From assembly GCA_964187785.1 (NCBI GenBank), contig OZ076415.1, positions 22,506,001 to 22,570,000 of the forward strand: a stretch of DNA of 64,000 bases, written 5' to 3'. This document shows positions 45,501-58,700 of this stretch, piece after piece. Numbering within the stretch: position 1 is the first letter of the stretch; each line of letters starts with the position of its first letter. The stretch is from Amphiscolops sp. MND2022. Taxonomy: Eukaryota. The position numbers and the translations under genes were made by a program. Below the pieces are notes generated by a model. The model made no database searches. It was not told the DNA's origin and saw nothing but the letters and a program-made list of their open reading frames with translations.

Positions 45501-47497
45501 AACAGATGACCGACGATTCGAAACACGAGTTCTGTCGACGTCAACTGGAGAACTACTAAACTTTCGCATTTACGCCGAAATCCATTTGAATGTTTAACAG
45601 AGGAAATTCCGAGATGACGATTTTGCATAACTCTACAGAAAACACATACAGAAAGATTCAGACAAAGGATACATAAAAAAACAGAGAACAGGAAGGAGAA
45701 CTCCCAGTGGTTTCTACCACACAATGGAATTGTCAGCCCGGCGACACCTGAAGATTCATCGCATTGCCAACGCCGCTGCTGTCGTCAATGGAACATGCCT
45801 CAACGACCATCTTCCACCTTGGCTAGACCTACTGAACGACTTAGTTGGAATCAGACTACGCAGCCGTGGGATGCCAAAAATTCATCACCGCCGACGTAGA
45901 AGGTTTTTGATGTGAAGTGGAGTCCAAAAAGAAGATATCAAGTTTTTGGGATTTTTGCGGTATGAAGAGTTCTACAAACCAGAAAAGGAATTGGAGTACC
46001 AACGAAACAAATTTGGCGCAAGAGATTCACTCGCGTGCGCAATCTACGCTTCAGAACAAGCAGCCAGAGACAACGTTGAGAACTATCCCGAATTGATCTC
46101 GATATAGTGACAACCGACTTTTAGATGGAGGACTTTGTAATGTCCGTTGGATCAACAGAAGAAGCACTACAACTACATCAACAACTAAGAAACGTTTTCC
46201 TTCATTCGCATCAGGTGGTGTAGCAATTCCCGAACTTTCTGCAATGAACTAGATGAAATCCTTTTAGCGAACAGTGAAAGACGAAATCTTCACAAAGAAC
46301 AACAAACAAAATGTACTGGGAGTTTCCTTGTTCCCACTCACCGACACGTTTGCAGTTCACATAAACAAGCAAAACCCGGAAATCTTCCAGAAACGGACGC
46401 AACGCAAACTGTTAGGTTTTATTTCACGACTTTTTGACCCACTGGGAAGAACAACACCTGTCACAATTGTCATGAAGATAAAGTTGCAGGAGACTTGGCG
46501 AGTTGGACTTCACTGGGCACTGGGACGAAGAACTACAGCAAGTTACGTAGAGTGGACAACTAGAAAAGCAAAATTGAATGAAACACAAATTTTTTGATAA
46601 TATAGTTTGCCAACAGCTCAGCCAATTGATATAAACGTCTTCTGCGATACCTCAATTCAGGCCGTGATAACAATCTTTTTCATCAGTTTCACTGACAAAA
46701 CAGTCTACAGTTCGAAATTCGTCACAGGAAAAACAAGAGTCGCTCCACATTCCACGCAGCCATGACCTGGGAAAGATAGAAGAACAACTAGGATCCTAAC
46801 AAATTGACTGAAAGTTTATACCTTCTGGAACTCCACATCAAGAAGGAGCTTCAGAACAAATATTCAGAATAGCGAAAAAACATTCCACTCAATGTCTGGA
46901 ACCAACAGTGGCTCAATACGCTCATTTGCCAAGTGGAAGCATCTATGAATTGCAGACCCCCGACAAAAACTTCAGCAGATATTATTGACATAGAATGCCT
47001 CACGAACGACAATTTCATCATCCCACGACGCTGCAACGTGGCACCGACAACAATGGAAGCGAACAAACACCGATAAACTCATTCGATTGAATAGACTGTG
47101 CGAGACAAATGCCACACAATTCTGGACAAGACTCATGAAGGGGTAATAGCCTACACTCAGGCCCCAATCATAGTGGCATAGGTTTGAAGATGCAATCAAG
47201 GGAGGTCAACTAGTGTGGATTCATGAGACCAACTCGCCCAGAGGACTAAGGCCCTTTATTCTGGTGACAGAAGTTTATCCAGGATAGGACAACTTTGTTC
47301 GAAAGTATGAACTCGAAACCAAGACCGGCGAAACTTCTGTGTGCCCATCAGTTATGCTCCCTGGAGTGTAATGGAAGTCTTTGAAGAATTTGTCACGTGC
47401 CATAATTAGTCATTGTCAAAATTTGAATGAAGTGATTCATCAACGTCAATTGTTTCGATCCCCATCTGAAGTAAAATAATTTCAAGTTTCTTCAACA
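42545..47497 (+). mobile_element. Old, heavily decayed BEL/Pao LTR retrotransposon
   Basis: Homologous TGTAATGGAA...ACA LTRs at 42545-42678 and 47367-47497, roughly a quarter diverged by eye. BEL-type remnants: KIHRIANAAAVVNGTCLNDHL...DLLNDLVGI (RT), DPLG..PVTI..KI.LQE.W, VFCDTS and KTRVAP (RH), GQLVWIHETNSPRG...EVYPG.DN.VR (post-integrase). Confidence 0.85.
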
Positions 47498-48929
47498 AAA
47501 GCAGACCGGAAACATCTAATTCGGCATTTAACGTATGCCGGATATAACAATTTTTGCAGATTTTTTCAATGTTACAAAAAGATTACCTTTCGATTTTTAG
47601 TATCTTTAGAATTGACTCAAACTCATTTGGAGCCAAAAAAGTCATTTTGTATCATACTTTGGTAAACTGTTTCTGGCTCTGCGCGTTTTTTTTCGAGACT
47701 TATTTAGTCAAAGGGTACCCTCCCGCTTGGCGCTCAAATGATCGGAATGCGCCCCTCAATGATAGGTCTAGAAACCATTTCGTTGTGTTTAATCGCAAGC
47801 GGTGCGCGTCCTGGGTTGTTCCCGGTTTGCTAAGTGCCGTTCTAGCGTGAATGAGCTGAAAACATTATCACCATCAGGAAAAAAATTGACTTACAGCTGG
47901 CAACATTTATAAAACAACAAAATTACCGAAAAACATAAAAACTGTATTTATTGTTCGTAGTGTAGACTGACACAAATTCCATTGGAAACGAATCAATTGC
48001 ACCACGATACAGTTTATAAATAACTAGCGAAAATGAAGCCTCCTTCAACAGGGAAATTGGTTCCAATTATGTTACTTAATGAGCAAAGCCCAGATTTTCA
48101 TGCGTTGAAAACACATGAAAAAGGCATCAAAGGCATGGGTTGGAAGTTGACGAATACGCGTGAAAACATGCTTAAAGTCTGCAGTGAATCCATCTTTACT
48201 TTTGGTAAAACATGTGTATGCAAATCAAACTTTGCAATATGATTGCACACAGCATTGAACGAACAGATTATTAAAGGATGTTTAAGATGTTCAAATGTAA
48301 AACTCATCCTCTGAGGAGCCAACACTTCGCCCATGATCGAAAACACCATCTCAGGTTCTTCAGAAACCAAAGGGCCTTTTTGTAGACTCAGGCTATCAAT
48401 TGATCAATCGACGTTTCAAAAATTCTTTCTCCAAAAAACGTATATTCGTGCATTTTATAGATATGTGGGATTCTCTTCAGAATTGACTCGTGGTTTTAGT
48501 CGGCGCCGCATGAAGTGAAACGCGACTGTTTTAGTGACTCTTTTTTTCAACCCACACGAAGTGTTCAAAATAGTTCTACGAAAATTTATTGTGCTAAATT
48601 GAAACATTTGGCTTAGCGAACTGAACCAAAAAAGTTTTTCGGTTTTTCTGCGTAACATACAATACCAGGAGAGACTAAAGGGCCCCCTTTCAGATTTTTT
48701 CGGCATAGTGACAGTTTTTCTTGAAAAATATTTTTATCATGACAGGATGCCTCCTTCATTTTTTTGATGTTTTGCAACAATGGATGTTGAAAATCCGAAA
48801 GGATTTTCAGGTACTGAATATTTGTAAAGTAAGGAATTCTTGAAAATTTGAAGTCTTTTTGCTATTTCTGAGCCTCAGACATGGCGCCTACTCATGCCGT
48901 TCCCGGCTTGTTCTTGTACTGTTCAACAA

Positions 48930-49680
48930 TTACATTAGATAAAACTTTGTCTAACAACTCAAACTCTTTCAACATTGGCAATCGCCCCTGTATTTCTGTT
49001 ATAACTTGAGCTAAAAACTGGAAAGTAGCTGGAGTAAATCTTAAATATTGGCGCAAATCAAATTGTTGCATGATTTCCTGTAATTACTTCTCAATTACTT
49101 TGTTTTTTGATTCTTTTCCAGATAAGTACTCCAATGCTGTTGAAACTCATCATAGTGCTCAGTGTAAACCTTTCCATGAAATACTTCCAGTAGTGTCGAA
49201 TACAATATCTACACTATTGCAACAGCATCGGTCTTTTCGGTTTCTATGACGTAACAGTCTCTACCGGTCCTTTGTTCTAAATATGTTGATTAACTTCTTA
49301 TATTGTTCCGGGAAGTACCTGTTTTGCTAATTGTGGACACGTCCGGTAGGCTTATGGCTGTCCATTTCTCGAAAAATTACTTGAAATTTTCATTTTGCAG
49401 TTTGTCCATTGAGACGTTGGCAGCTATGAAGCATTCTGTTCCCTCATAAAACATGTTACTTTGCTGATCAGTGAAGTACAATGAGGACTGCGTCCGTGAA
49501 TGTTACGTGATTTGTTTCTTATGTTTTTCGCTCTAAATGTGTTGTTTACCAGAAAACCTAACGTTTGTCGCACTATAATCGAATCCAACAATGCAGATTG
49601 TCCAATTAATTTTCTCGGACTCTTGCTGATATGTCCAATTCGAGGCACTACCCTGTAACGTTTTATTAAACTCAAACAGA
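48930..49680 (-). pseudogene. Internally deleted CGGBP1-like hAT transposase remnant
   Basis: Pieces across frames: ICIVG...RFSGKQHI*SEKHK (Zn-finger-like), CFIAANVSMDKLQNENFK*FFEKWT...PDVSTISK, YFPEQY, and a C-terminal helical segment. The order matches the CGGBP1/hAT pattern as recalled. Confidence 0.55.
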
Positions 49681-51167
49681 TCCAAGCAATCGGCATACTC
49701 AAATGCAAAACGCCTAATGAAAGAAAGTCAATGAAACCAAGTAAAACCACGGAAAGTGATGCTAATTTGCAAAGCAGCTGAGGTGATTTGCAAAGAAGCT
49801 GTGGTGATTTGCAAAGCATTTGAGTCAAATCAAACTAACAGCGAATAAATTTCCAGGACCGTGTCGTTCTCTTAGTCCATTCACTCTAATCAAAACGACG
49901 TATGCGTATAAAGACGCCAAACATGTTAAAATGCGTTGTTCACTTTGCATGGAAATCCGGGCCTTGTTAATAAAGAAGGTTTGGCAATTACTTCAGAGGA
50001 AGTGTTAGTGAAGCACTTTTTTGTGCTTTGCAATGTACTCCGGAAAGTTTGTAAATCAAGTTAATTTTAGCAGTCTGCAAAGCATTGCTATATCTTTGGC
50101 AAAGTGCTCGTTCGAATGGCCTGTTTTTCCGCTTACGCAAGATGTAAGCTGTATGTGCTCTTAAAATGCTGCCTCAATATTGCATTTTCTCAGAATTAAT
50201 ATGAATTGAAATTAAAATTTTTTGGAATTAAAATGAACACTGAATATTGAATGCTTATAAACATGGTGTAAGTTTGTCAGACTTTGACCACGCTCCACTT
50301 TTTGCTAATTACGGATCGCTATACTTGTAAAAAGTGGAAGTTAGTCAAAGTTTGTCTGAATTACGGAAAAGTGTATTTTTGGAGCAACTTCCACTTTTCA
50401 CTAACTACGAGCCTTGACTAGTTTCCATTACGCGCGTTGTCACAGCTACACCTTCCAGGAGTAGACCGTCTTAACTAACTCACGCTGTATGACTACTTTA
50501 CGGAATACAAAGATTACGCTGCGTGACTGAAATCCATTTCACCGAGATATGTCCTGTAATGCGGACAAACAAAAAAATACCGAAACTGAACCTCATTGAG
50601 CCTTATCGCCATTGTTTTTTCAAAATTGGATCCGGTTTTCAAATTGGGTTTCACTACGCGGGTGCAATTGTTCTATTTCGTGTTCAGCATTTCGAATTGT
50701 TAAAATTGGGGAAAGCACTGATTCCTCTGACGTTTACTATGTTGATGTTTGTTTGTTTATTTGTTGTAGATTTCATGTTCATCGATAACCTCAATCTCTG
50801 AAAATTAGTTCATGAACTCTCAAGTCTAATTTTATTCTGAGTTATTTGAAACCCCAAACTCGTTTGAGGTCCATTGTAATAATTTCGAGTTTTTTAAAGA
50901 AGGAAAACTATAGGAAACGGATTGAAATTTGATGTAGTCACAAAATAGTTTCAATTTCTCAAATTTTAACATATCTGTTCGATTTGCAGTCTATTTCTTC
51001 TTTTCAACACACTTCGTTCACTTTCACAGAGCTATGAGAGTATCTTTCTATAAATCAATGCTCAATGGCAATTTTCAAAATATACTAATTCTTTTTGTGT
51101 GCAAGCGAGCGAAGTGCGTCTTCAGTTGATATGTGGTAATTGAGCGAAGTCTACTAAGTCAGTTTAA

Positions 51168-52856
51168 TCACGAAGCAGCTACTTGGGCAGCAGAAAGCTT
51201 TCTCATCATTCCAGTCGTGCTTCTGATCGGAACCAAATTCGGCACAACCTCTGGCACGTATTTAGAGAGAGCACTGGACCCAGTTCTGGCAGCGCCAGTG
51301 TATAACTCTGGAACTATATCCGGAGTCCTTGGCAACCGGATATGGCGCATCAAGCTAGTCTGATCGTTTCCGCCAAACTTTTCCCGGAATTCGTCCGTTT
51401 TAGGGTGAGCTCTGTCGTGGATCTGAAGACCATGTGGATGCTTTCTGACGTCATAGTTCCCTATATTAGGGTCGCTTTTTTCCCGCCTTATGAAAGGTCG
51501 CAACTGGACCATCCTCCTTTTGGGGTCATTTTCGGAGATCTGTTCTTCAGTCATTGAAATTAACCTGCTCTGGCGTTTAAGCATTTCATAGTCATTTATT
51601 TCTGTGTTTATATTATCATCGTTATATTGATGCTTGCCACAGTACCACGCAACCGCCTGTCCATTCGGTTTAGTTAGAACCGTGATACATTCCAGCCCAT
51701 AGCCACATTTGAACTGGTTTTTCCATATATAGTCATACGGTGGAAAGTCCCGTGCTTCCGGAACCGAGCATGCCCAAATGTTCAACTTACAACCGGCTGG
51801 TAACTTGGCACGGATAGGAAACCGGAAGGAAGCAACTGTTTTCCCGCCAATTTTCTGCTGCAGAACGTATAACCCAATTAGTTCATCTGTATCCGGACTC
51901 GCGTTTCTCAATGTAATGAAGTTTCCTTCTTTGTGGATGTTGTCTATTCTCAAACTTCCAATTGAGCTTGTAACAAATCCATTGGTCAGAAGCATTTGAT
52001 TGGCCAAAGTCAGAAATTTGGGTTCGTTGAACATCTCTTCGAAAAAATCTTCACCTGTGCCCAAAGTTTTTGTCACATGGGCGGAAGAATGTCTAGAAGC
52101 TACGGAAATATTTTGGCTCTTTTTTCGCTCTTTAATTGAATCTTCTGTCATCTTGTCAGCTTTTGCCTTCTCTATGTGATATTCGCTCACAATTTGCTGC
52201 AACTTTGAAATTTTGTCTTGTTCTATTTCCAACTGCTCTTTCAGAAGATCGATTTGACTTGAAAGTGAGAGTTTTTCACCTTCAAACAAACTTTTCATTC
52301 TCTCGATTCTTTGCTCGAAATTGGGAACTTCTAATTCGGCAACTACGGGATGTGGGTCTTCAACTGGTTCATGGTTTTGCTCATCTTCAGCGGCATCTTC
52401 GGTCTCATTCTCAAGGTCCGGGTTTGAATCATCCACGGGTCTCTTTTTTCTCAGTTTGATACTCAAGTCTTTGGCGCAGTTTTCAGCTTTGTGACGTAAT
52501 ATTTGTTCCTCTTGGTACAAATCGGAAAGTTCCAGACATTTTTGTCGTTGGTCCTCGCAATTGGATTCCAGTTGTGCTATTCTGGAAAGATGTTTTTCTC
52601 TATCGGCTAGCAAATCATTGATATCAGAGACATACTTATCGTTGAAAGTATCAAGCTTTTGCAATAATCGCGACACTCGATTTTCCCAGACTCGTTCCGA
52701 TTCAGAACTTGGCAAATTTGGGTCGTCTGCGCTGGTTTTTAAAGAATTGGCTTTAGTTCTGACTTGTGCAATCAATTCTTTAAGCATGCTTTTACTTTCA
52801 AGTCTGTGTAAGTATACACCACCCAAATTTCTCTCTGGGTAATTTTCAGTCGCCAT
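51168..52856 (-). CDS. Intronless coiled-coil plus lamin-tail-domain protein (LMNTD1/IFLTD1-like), 562 aa from MATENY
   Basis: Single open frame (ORF track 51168-52955; first ATG at 52856). Heptad- and charge-rich N-terminal half. LTD at about 51640-51970: GSLRIDNIHKEGNFITLRN...YVLQQKIGG..VASFRFP...AG..LNIWA...PPYDYIWKNQ..G.G.EC.TVL.KPNGQ.VAWY. No CaaX (ends QVAAS). Confidence 0.85.
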   Translation of the reverse strand: MATENYPERNLGGVYLHRLESKSMLKELIAQVRTKANSLKTSADDPNLPSSESERVWENRVSRLLQKLDTFNDKYVSDINDLLADREKHLSRIAQLESNCEDQRQKCLELSDLYQEEQILRHKAENCAKDLSIKLRKKRPVDDSNPDLENETEDAAEDEQNHEPVEDPHPVVAELEVPNFEQRIERMKSLFEGEKLSLSSQIDLLKEQLEIEQDKISKLQQIVSEYHIEKAKADKMTEDSIKERKKSQNISVASRHSSAHVTKTLGTGEDFFEEMFNEPKFLTLANQMLLTNGFVTSSIGSLRIDNIHKEGNFITLRNASPDTDELIGLYVLQQKIGGKTVASFRFPIRAKLPAGCKLNIWACSVPEARDFPPYDYIWKNQFKCGYGLECITVLTKPNGQAVAWYCGKHQYNDDNINTEINDYEMLKRQSRLISMTEEQISENDPKRRMVQLRPFIRREKSDPNIGNYDVRKHPHGLQIHDRAHPKTDEFREKFGGNDQTSLMRHIRLPRTPDIVPELYTGAARTGSSALSKYVPEVVPNLVPIRSTTGMMRKLSAAQVAAS

Positions 52857-55778
52857 TTTCTTCGTCCTTGACAACCAATATGATGACAAAAACACGCAGA
52901 TTCCAACTAATTGTAAACAAACAAAAAGTAACAAAATACGAACAAATAACTGCAAAAATACTTGGTTTCGATTAATTAATGATGCATTGTCTCGACGGTT
53001 TTAGCAACCGTAAAGATGTGGTGTTTGGATAGCTTCAAAAGCTGCGTTGTTTAGAAATGACTACAATTTGTATTTTTGTCTGCGTGAAAAATGTGAACGC
53101 TGTTTCAGTCAATGAGAATGATAAAAACACGCACGTCTCTTTTTTTTCTGCTTCAATCTGCTTCAATCTGCTCCAAGCTTCAGCAGCGGCGCCGTTGGCC
53201 AAAAACTACAAACACCAAGAAAAAATTTTTCGTAAGCTAAGTTTTTAAGGCGAGTTTCGGCCGTATAAATTCACATTTTGCGTGAGTAGCATTAATTTTT
53301 TATACTTTGAAAGACGAGCTAAAATAGTGTATTTGAATAAAGAATAAAATTATTGTCTTTTCATACAATGATGTTCGAGCCAAACGTATATGATGTGTAC
53401 CAACTGAATTTTTATTCCTTCTCGAATTAAAAGCTTCAATAAAATTATGATATCTTATTCTGTGCGATATTTCTGTGCACAGAAAAATATTAAATAATAC
53501 TAATTTATTTGAGAGGGCTTATGAACGTGCGGGCGAAAAACTCAACTTTAAGTGTCTCCAAAGTAAACCTCTTCAATTCAATTTAAAGACATCAATTTTG
53601 TTAAATTCGGCACTTGTTGTTTTTAACCGATGAAAGTGTACTAGAGCTATCATCGGGACTGCTAGTTTAATTCGTTTCGAGAACTTTCATATCACGTTTA
53701 TCCACTTGATCTTTTGATTGAACCAATTAAGCAACTTGGGTTTATCAAGCAGAGGTTCAACCGCTCAGTCGAGTATGCGACCTCTTTAACAAAAACTGAA
53801 GTATCAACGATGCTGCGATTCAAACACTTCTGCAGAGAGTTATGAGCAAATTGTTCCATTTTTGAAGCTGTTCCTTGCAATTAGAGCATTCAAAAAAATT
53901 GTTTTTGATTCAATTAAATTAGCGATTCTTTGAACATAAAAGTTTAAAACCGATCGTAATTTCTTTTTCGACCCCAATTAGGATTTCCAGTCAAACTCCA
54001 CTCCAATTAACGTTTGACATCGCATGTCGACTGACCTCGTCAAAAAACACAGAAACAGCAGCTTTTTGTGATTTTTATGCTCGTTGGTATGATTTTTGAA
54101 AGTCTTATGCGTAACAAGATAGAGTTGAAAACATGACTATTACTTAGCGTATTTTTGGTGCAGAGAAGTACAGTTTTTTAGAGAAAGGTCTAGAAAAATC
54201 AAGCCTCAAGTCGGGGCCCACTCTAAGGCTCAAAAGCGCAAAGTTTTCAAAACATGCTTGGGTTTTTTATGAAATACTCGCAAAAAAGTGTCGAAGCACC
54301 CAAATGGTGCTTTTTATGCTCAAAAAACACTTCGAACATTCGAACGTAGCGTGCTGGGCTACATGGGAGCGCTTTTTTCGAATCTAGGCCTCCACTTTAT
54401 TAAAACACATTTTATTTCGGATATAACGTCAAAATTCGGATATAGATTGCTGGGAGCAATGGAAGCGCTTGTTTTTGAACCTCCGTCGCCTCCTCGCTGA
54501 AACGCAGCCTTCTTCGAAAATATTGTCAAGAATTTTGATAGTACTGAACAAAGTATTGGTGGATATAAAAAGAGAAAACCTAACTTCAGACCAAAAATGA
54601 GAATTTTGAAACAGTCTCATAGTGCCAGAAAAATGTAAAAAGGGGACCTCTCAGAGACAAAAAAGATTTTTGAAAAAAGTGTCAGTGCCGAAAAAAATTG
54701 AACGGGGTGACCCTGTGGTCCCGTCCGGTTTTGTATGTTACGTGAAAAAGGGCGAAATGTAAGGGGGATCCTTTGCACTAACTTATATCGATGCGTTTCC
54801 CAGATATTTTTAGTTGAACAAACTGAACTAAAATTTCGTCACATTCGAGCCTATCTTCAAGAAAAACAAACAAGCCGGGAACGGCCCAAGTCGGCTTTGT
54901 ATCTAAGGTTCCAAAATAGCAAAAAGACTTCAAAGTGTCAAGTATTCTCTTCTAAAATACCCGGAAAATCCAAAACTTGCCCAAAAGTCACCCTAATATA
55001 CCCAACCGCATTGGCGCGCCCTTTTGGAGTTTTTAACAGCCATTCTGTTGCAAAATATCAAAAACAATGAAGGGGGACCCTTTGAAGCAGAGAAAATTTC
55101 AAAAAAAGTCGCATAGTGCCGAAAAAAATCGAGAAAGGGGACCTTCAGGACTCGGACCTGTGACCGCTGGATTCCACGCAAATCGATTAAAATCTGTACA
55201 AAAAAGTGGTACATACAGGGTGAGGTCTGTGGTCTGACGAAAAAAACTAGCCACTGTATTAGTCGGGCACATTTCACTCGAAAAGCGGCGCGACCAAAAA
55301 CGCGAGTTACTGTAAAAGAAAGTGTAATTGTTCCATGTGTCTCTATCAGCAATTATTGAGAAAATACTGGACGGTTTTGTTATTACGAGTCTCCACATAA
55401 TTTTGTACAAAAACCGTCGTCTACTGATTATATTCTCAATTTAAAAAGTTTCATGAATGTTTCAAAAGGGACAGAAATAATCAAAGGATGTCAGAAATCT
55501 CAAATTTCGACTGTTCCTTGCAATTTTTCGAACAATGTTCTGACGTTTTTTGGTGTAAAAGGTGTTAAACGGTTGTACTGTTATAACTTTTGCATTTGCA
55601 TAACTCTTTATATTTTAGGTCAATATTTCTCGACATCTACAACTCTCAGCACAAGTAGCAATCATTAGACATTTGAATGATAGGGTTTGGAAAAATACTT
55701 GAGCAAATTTTTGAAATTCTTTCAAAGCCTACATTTGACTGAGGAACATTTCCCGAAGTAAATTCCCATTTTGGGCCA

Positions 55779-58700
55779 TGTAGTAGAGCGATGAATTGAT
55801 TCAGACAATATGTATGTAAACAAGTACTAGTAACATTGTCTAACTCTAACATTTACTACGCCTCAGTGCGTTCAAGCCTAAGTTCAAAAGACAGTTTGTT
55901 AAAAGTCTAAATTCATCATCAATTCACATCTACCCCTCAATTCTTTTCATTCTAATTGAGTTCCACGTCAACATGGCGCTGCGAGCTGAAAATTCTAAGG
56001 CGTCATCTTCTTCATCGTCACATCTTGCTGGACTGCCAGTGTTCTGGAGCGATGCGACCACGAACCCTACGATGGAATGGGACAAGTGGTTCGATCTCTT
56101 CCAAGTTGCCATGATTGCAAAATATTCCATCTCAATCTCCGAGTTGACACGTGAGACGACACAGCAAAATCCCAGGGTTCGTACGTTGTTGGGGGACTTT
56201 GATGAAGATCCTGCAAATAAGAAAGCTATTAGTATTCTGTACTTGTCATTGGGTGATGCGGCGAGGAAGCAATTCATGGATAAGTATCCGCATAAAGCCC
56301 TGTGGGATTTGAAAGCCCTAGAATTAATCAACTTATGCATCGACTGCTTCCGAAAGAAGCGGAACCGAACCCTCGACAGACATCGATTTTTCTCCAGACT
56401 CCAACAGCCCGGCGAAACCCTATTTCAATTCTGGCACGCCTTAAACGGATTAGCAGCTTTATGTGATTTAGGGGAAATAACTTCGACCCTAGTTTTGGAT
56501 ATGTTCATTCTTCACATGAATAGTAAGAAGGTGCAAGAAAAGTTGTGCACGGAAACTAAGGAGCCCGACCAAGCACTGGAACTTGCCATTGCTTTTGAAG
56601 AAGGAGTGAAGCGACAGAAGGCGTACGGCACACAAGCACCCGAACCAACAAAGTCGGTCGTGAAAGGCGAACCGGTCTATGCGATAGATAAAACTAACCC
56701 CCGGGAGTGTTATAGATGTGGGGCAGCAAACTTCACGATGAAACACGTCAACTTCTGCATGGCTACCAATCATCGTTGTAAATTCTGTAAAATTGTGGGG
56801 CATGTAGAAAAATGATGCAATAAGAAGTTTCCTCAGAGACAGAAAGAGATGATGCAGCGACTGAAGAATCGCGATAACGAAAAAAGTATGCGAAGAGTAA
56901 ACTACATCGAAGAGTCAGATGAGGAATCTGAAGAAGACGACGAAGAGCAACTAGTATTACGTGTGGATGGTGATGGCTGCAAACCGTTCTATATGGAAGG
57001 AACAATGTGTGGCAATTATTTTAAAGCAATTATTGACACTGGGTCACCAGTTTTCATTTTTACAAAACGGGACTTTCAGAAAATTGTGGGGGAACGAAAA
57101 GTTGTGATCAGGGATATGATTGAAGGAGAACGCTACATTGATTACAATAAAAAGCCCTTGGAATTACTTGGCTACCAATTCGTACGACTCGAGGTCGCAG
57201 GAGTAACGGTGTCAAAAGCCCGAGTCCTCATAGCACCTAATTCAGGAAAATCAATCGTGGGCCGTGATTGGCTAGTTGCTCTCCGCTACAAAATTACGCA
57301 GTCGATAGAAAGAGGTGAGTGTAAACTAAATAAACAATTTGTAATTTGTAAAGAATCAGTCTGTGAGATAAGTCCCGAGAAAAACAAAATCCCCAGGTTC
57401 AGTAATTAGTGAGGGAATTTCAAAAAACGTTCTGTCGAAAAAGACGTGTGAAGAATTACGAAAATAAAATTAAAATGAAAAACGATGCGAAAATTACCCA
57501 ACAGAAGGGACGCCGAGTGCCAATTCAGCTACAAAATCAAGTAGATAAAGAGATTGACAAACTATTAAAAGAGGGACATTTTGAGAAAGTTGATAAAATC
57601 CAAGATGATGTGTTTATTCAGCCAACAGTAATAACCGTCAAAAAGGACAAGTCCGTGAAAATTGCCTTAGACGCGAGAGCGTTAAACCAATCTATAGCAA
57701 AAGACAAATACCAAATGCCTAACCTAGATAAATTTAATCGACATGATTGCAGAGAAGTTAGATGAAAAAGAAGGGGAGGCATGGTATTCGTCAGTAGATA
57801 TGACTTATGCTTACGGACAAATCCCGTTACAAGAATTAACAAAAAGGCATTGCAATTTCCAAATTGTAGGGGGAAAATCTACAGGCACTTATCGATTTAC
57901 AACGGGATTTTATGGCCTTACAGTAATGCCAACAGAATTTCAAAAGTTAATGGACATCACTTTGGCAAATGTAAATAGTGTATTTGTGTATATAGACGAC
58001 ATATTGATTGTAACTAAAGGAACCAAGCAGGATCATTTGAACAAAGTGAGAGAAATAAAGAAAATTCTGGACGAAGCGAATTTGCAGTTGAAGGCAGAAA
58101 AATGCATAATAGCACAAGAAAGCATAGAATGGTTGGGGTTCAAACTAACAAGAACGGGCATTTCCCCAATCAATGCAAAAGCCCAGGGAATAAGCGATAG
58201 ATTGAGACCGACAAATTTGAAACAATTACGCTCATTTCTCGGAGCAGTTAACCAATTCAACAAATTCATACCTAATTTGGCAAGTATCAGTTTTCCATTT
58301 AGATCAATTCTGAAAAAGGACGCGGACTGGATATGGAATGCCGAGCATGAAAAGGCGTTTGTGAAAATTAATGACGAAATTAAAGAAGTAGTAGAATTGT
58401 CTCATTTTAAAAGAAACCAAGAAATTAGAATCATTTGCGATGCAAGCAAACAAGGCTTAGGCGCAGTCTTACAACAAAGTCAAACCAAAGGGGAGTGGAG
58501 ACCAATCTGCTTCGCTTCTAGGTTTTTATCGGATTTTGAGTCAAAATATTCTATAAATGAATTAGAGTTATTAGCAATTGTGTGGGCGGTAGAACATTTT
58601 GAAAATTATGTATGTGGTGTACTTTTTAAAATAATTTCTGATCACAAAGCATTAATGTCTGTACTAAAGCCAAATAGGGGAAACAAAACATTTTCCAGTA

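Noticed and set aside
48098-48400. About 100-codon minus-strand open frame (MVSEEPEMVF...)
   Set aside because: No convincing splice pair, partner exons or motif; could be an unrecognised exon but is not supportable here.
49424-49828. 134-aa ORF beginning with LCKSPQL repeats
   Set aside because: The start comes from a 21-bp tandem repeat, and the rest is an alternative frame over the hAT/CGGBP1-like remnant.
52857-52955. Hydrophobic N-terminal extension (apparent signal peptide) of the LTD protein
   Set aside because: It depends on a non-ATG start called by the ORF track; the first true ATG is at 52856.
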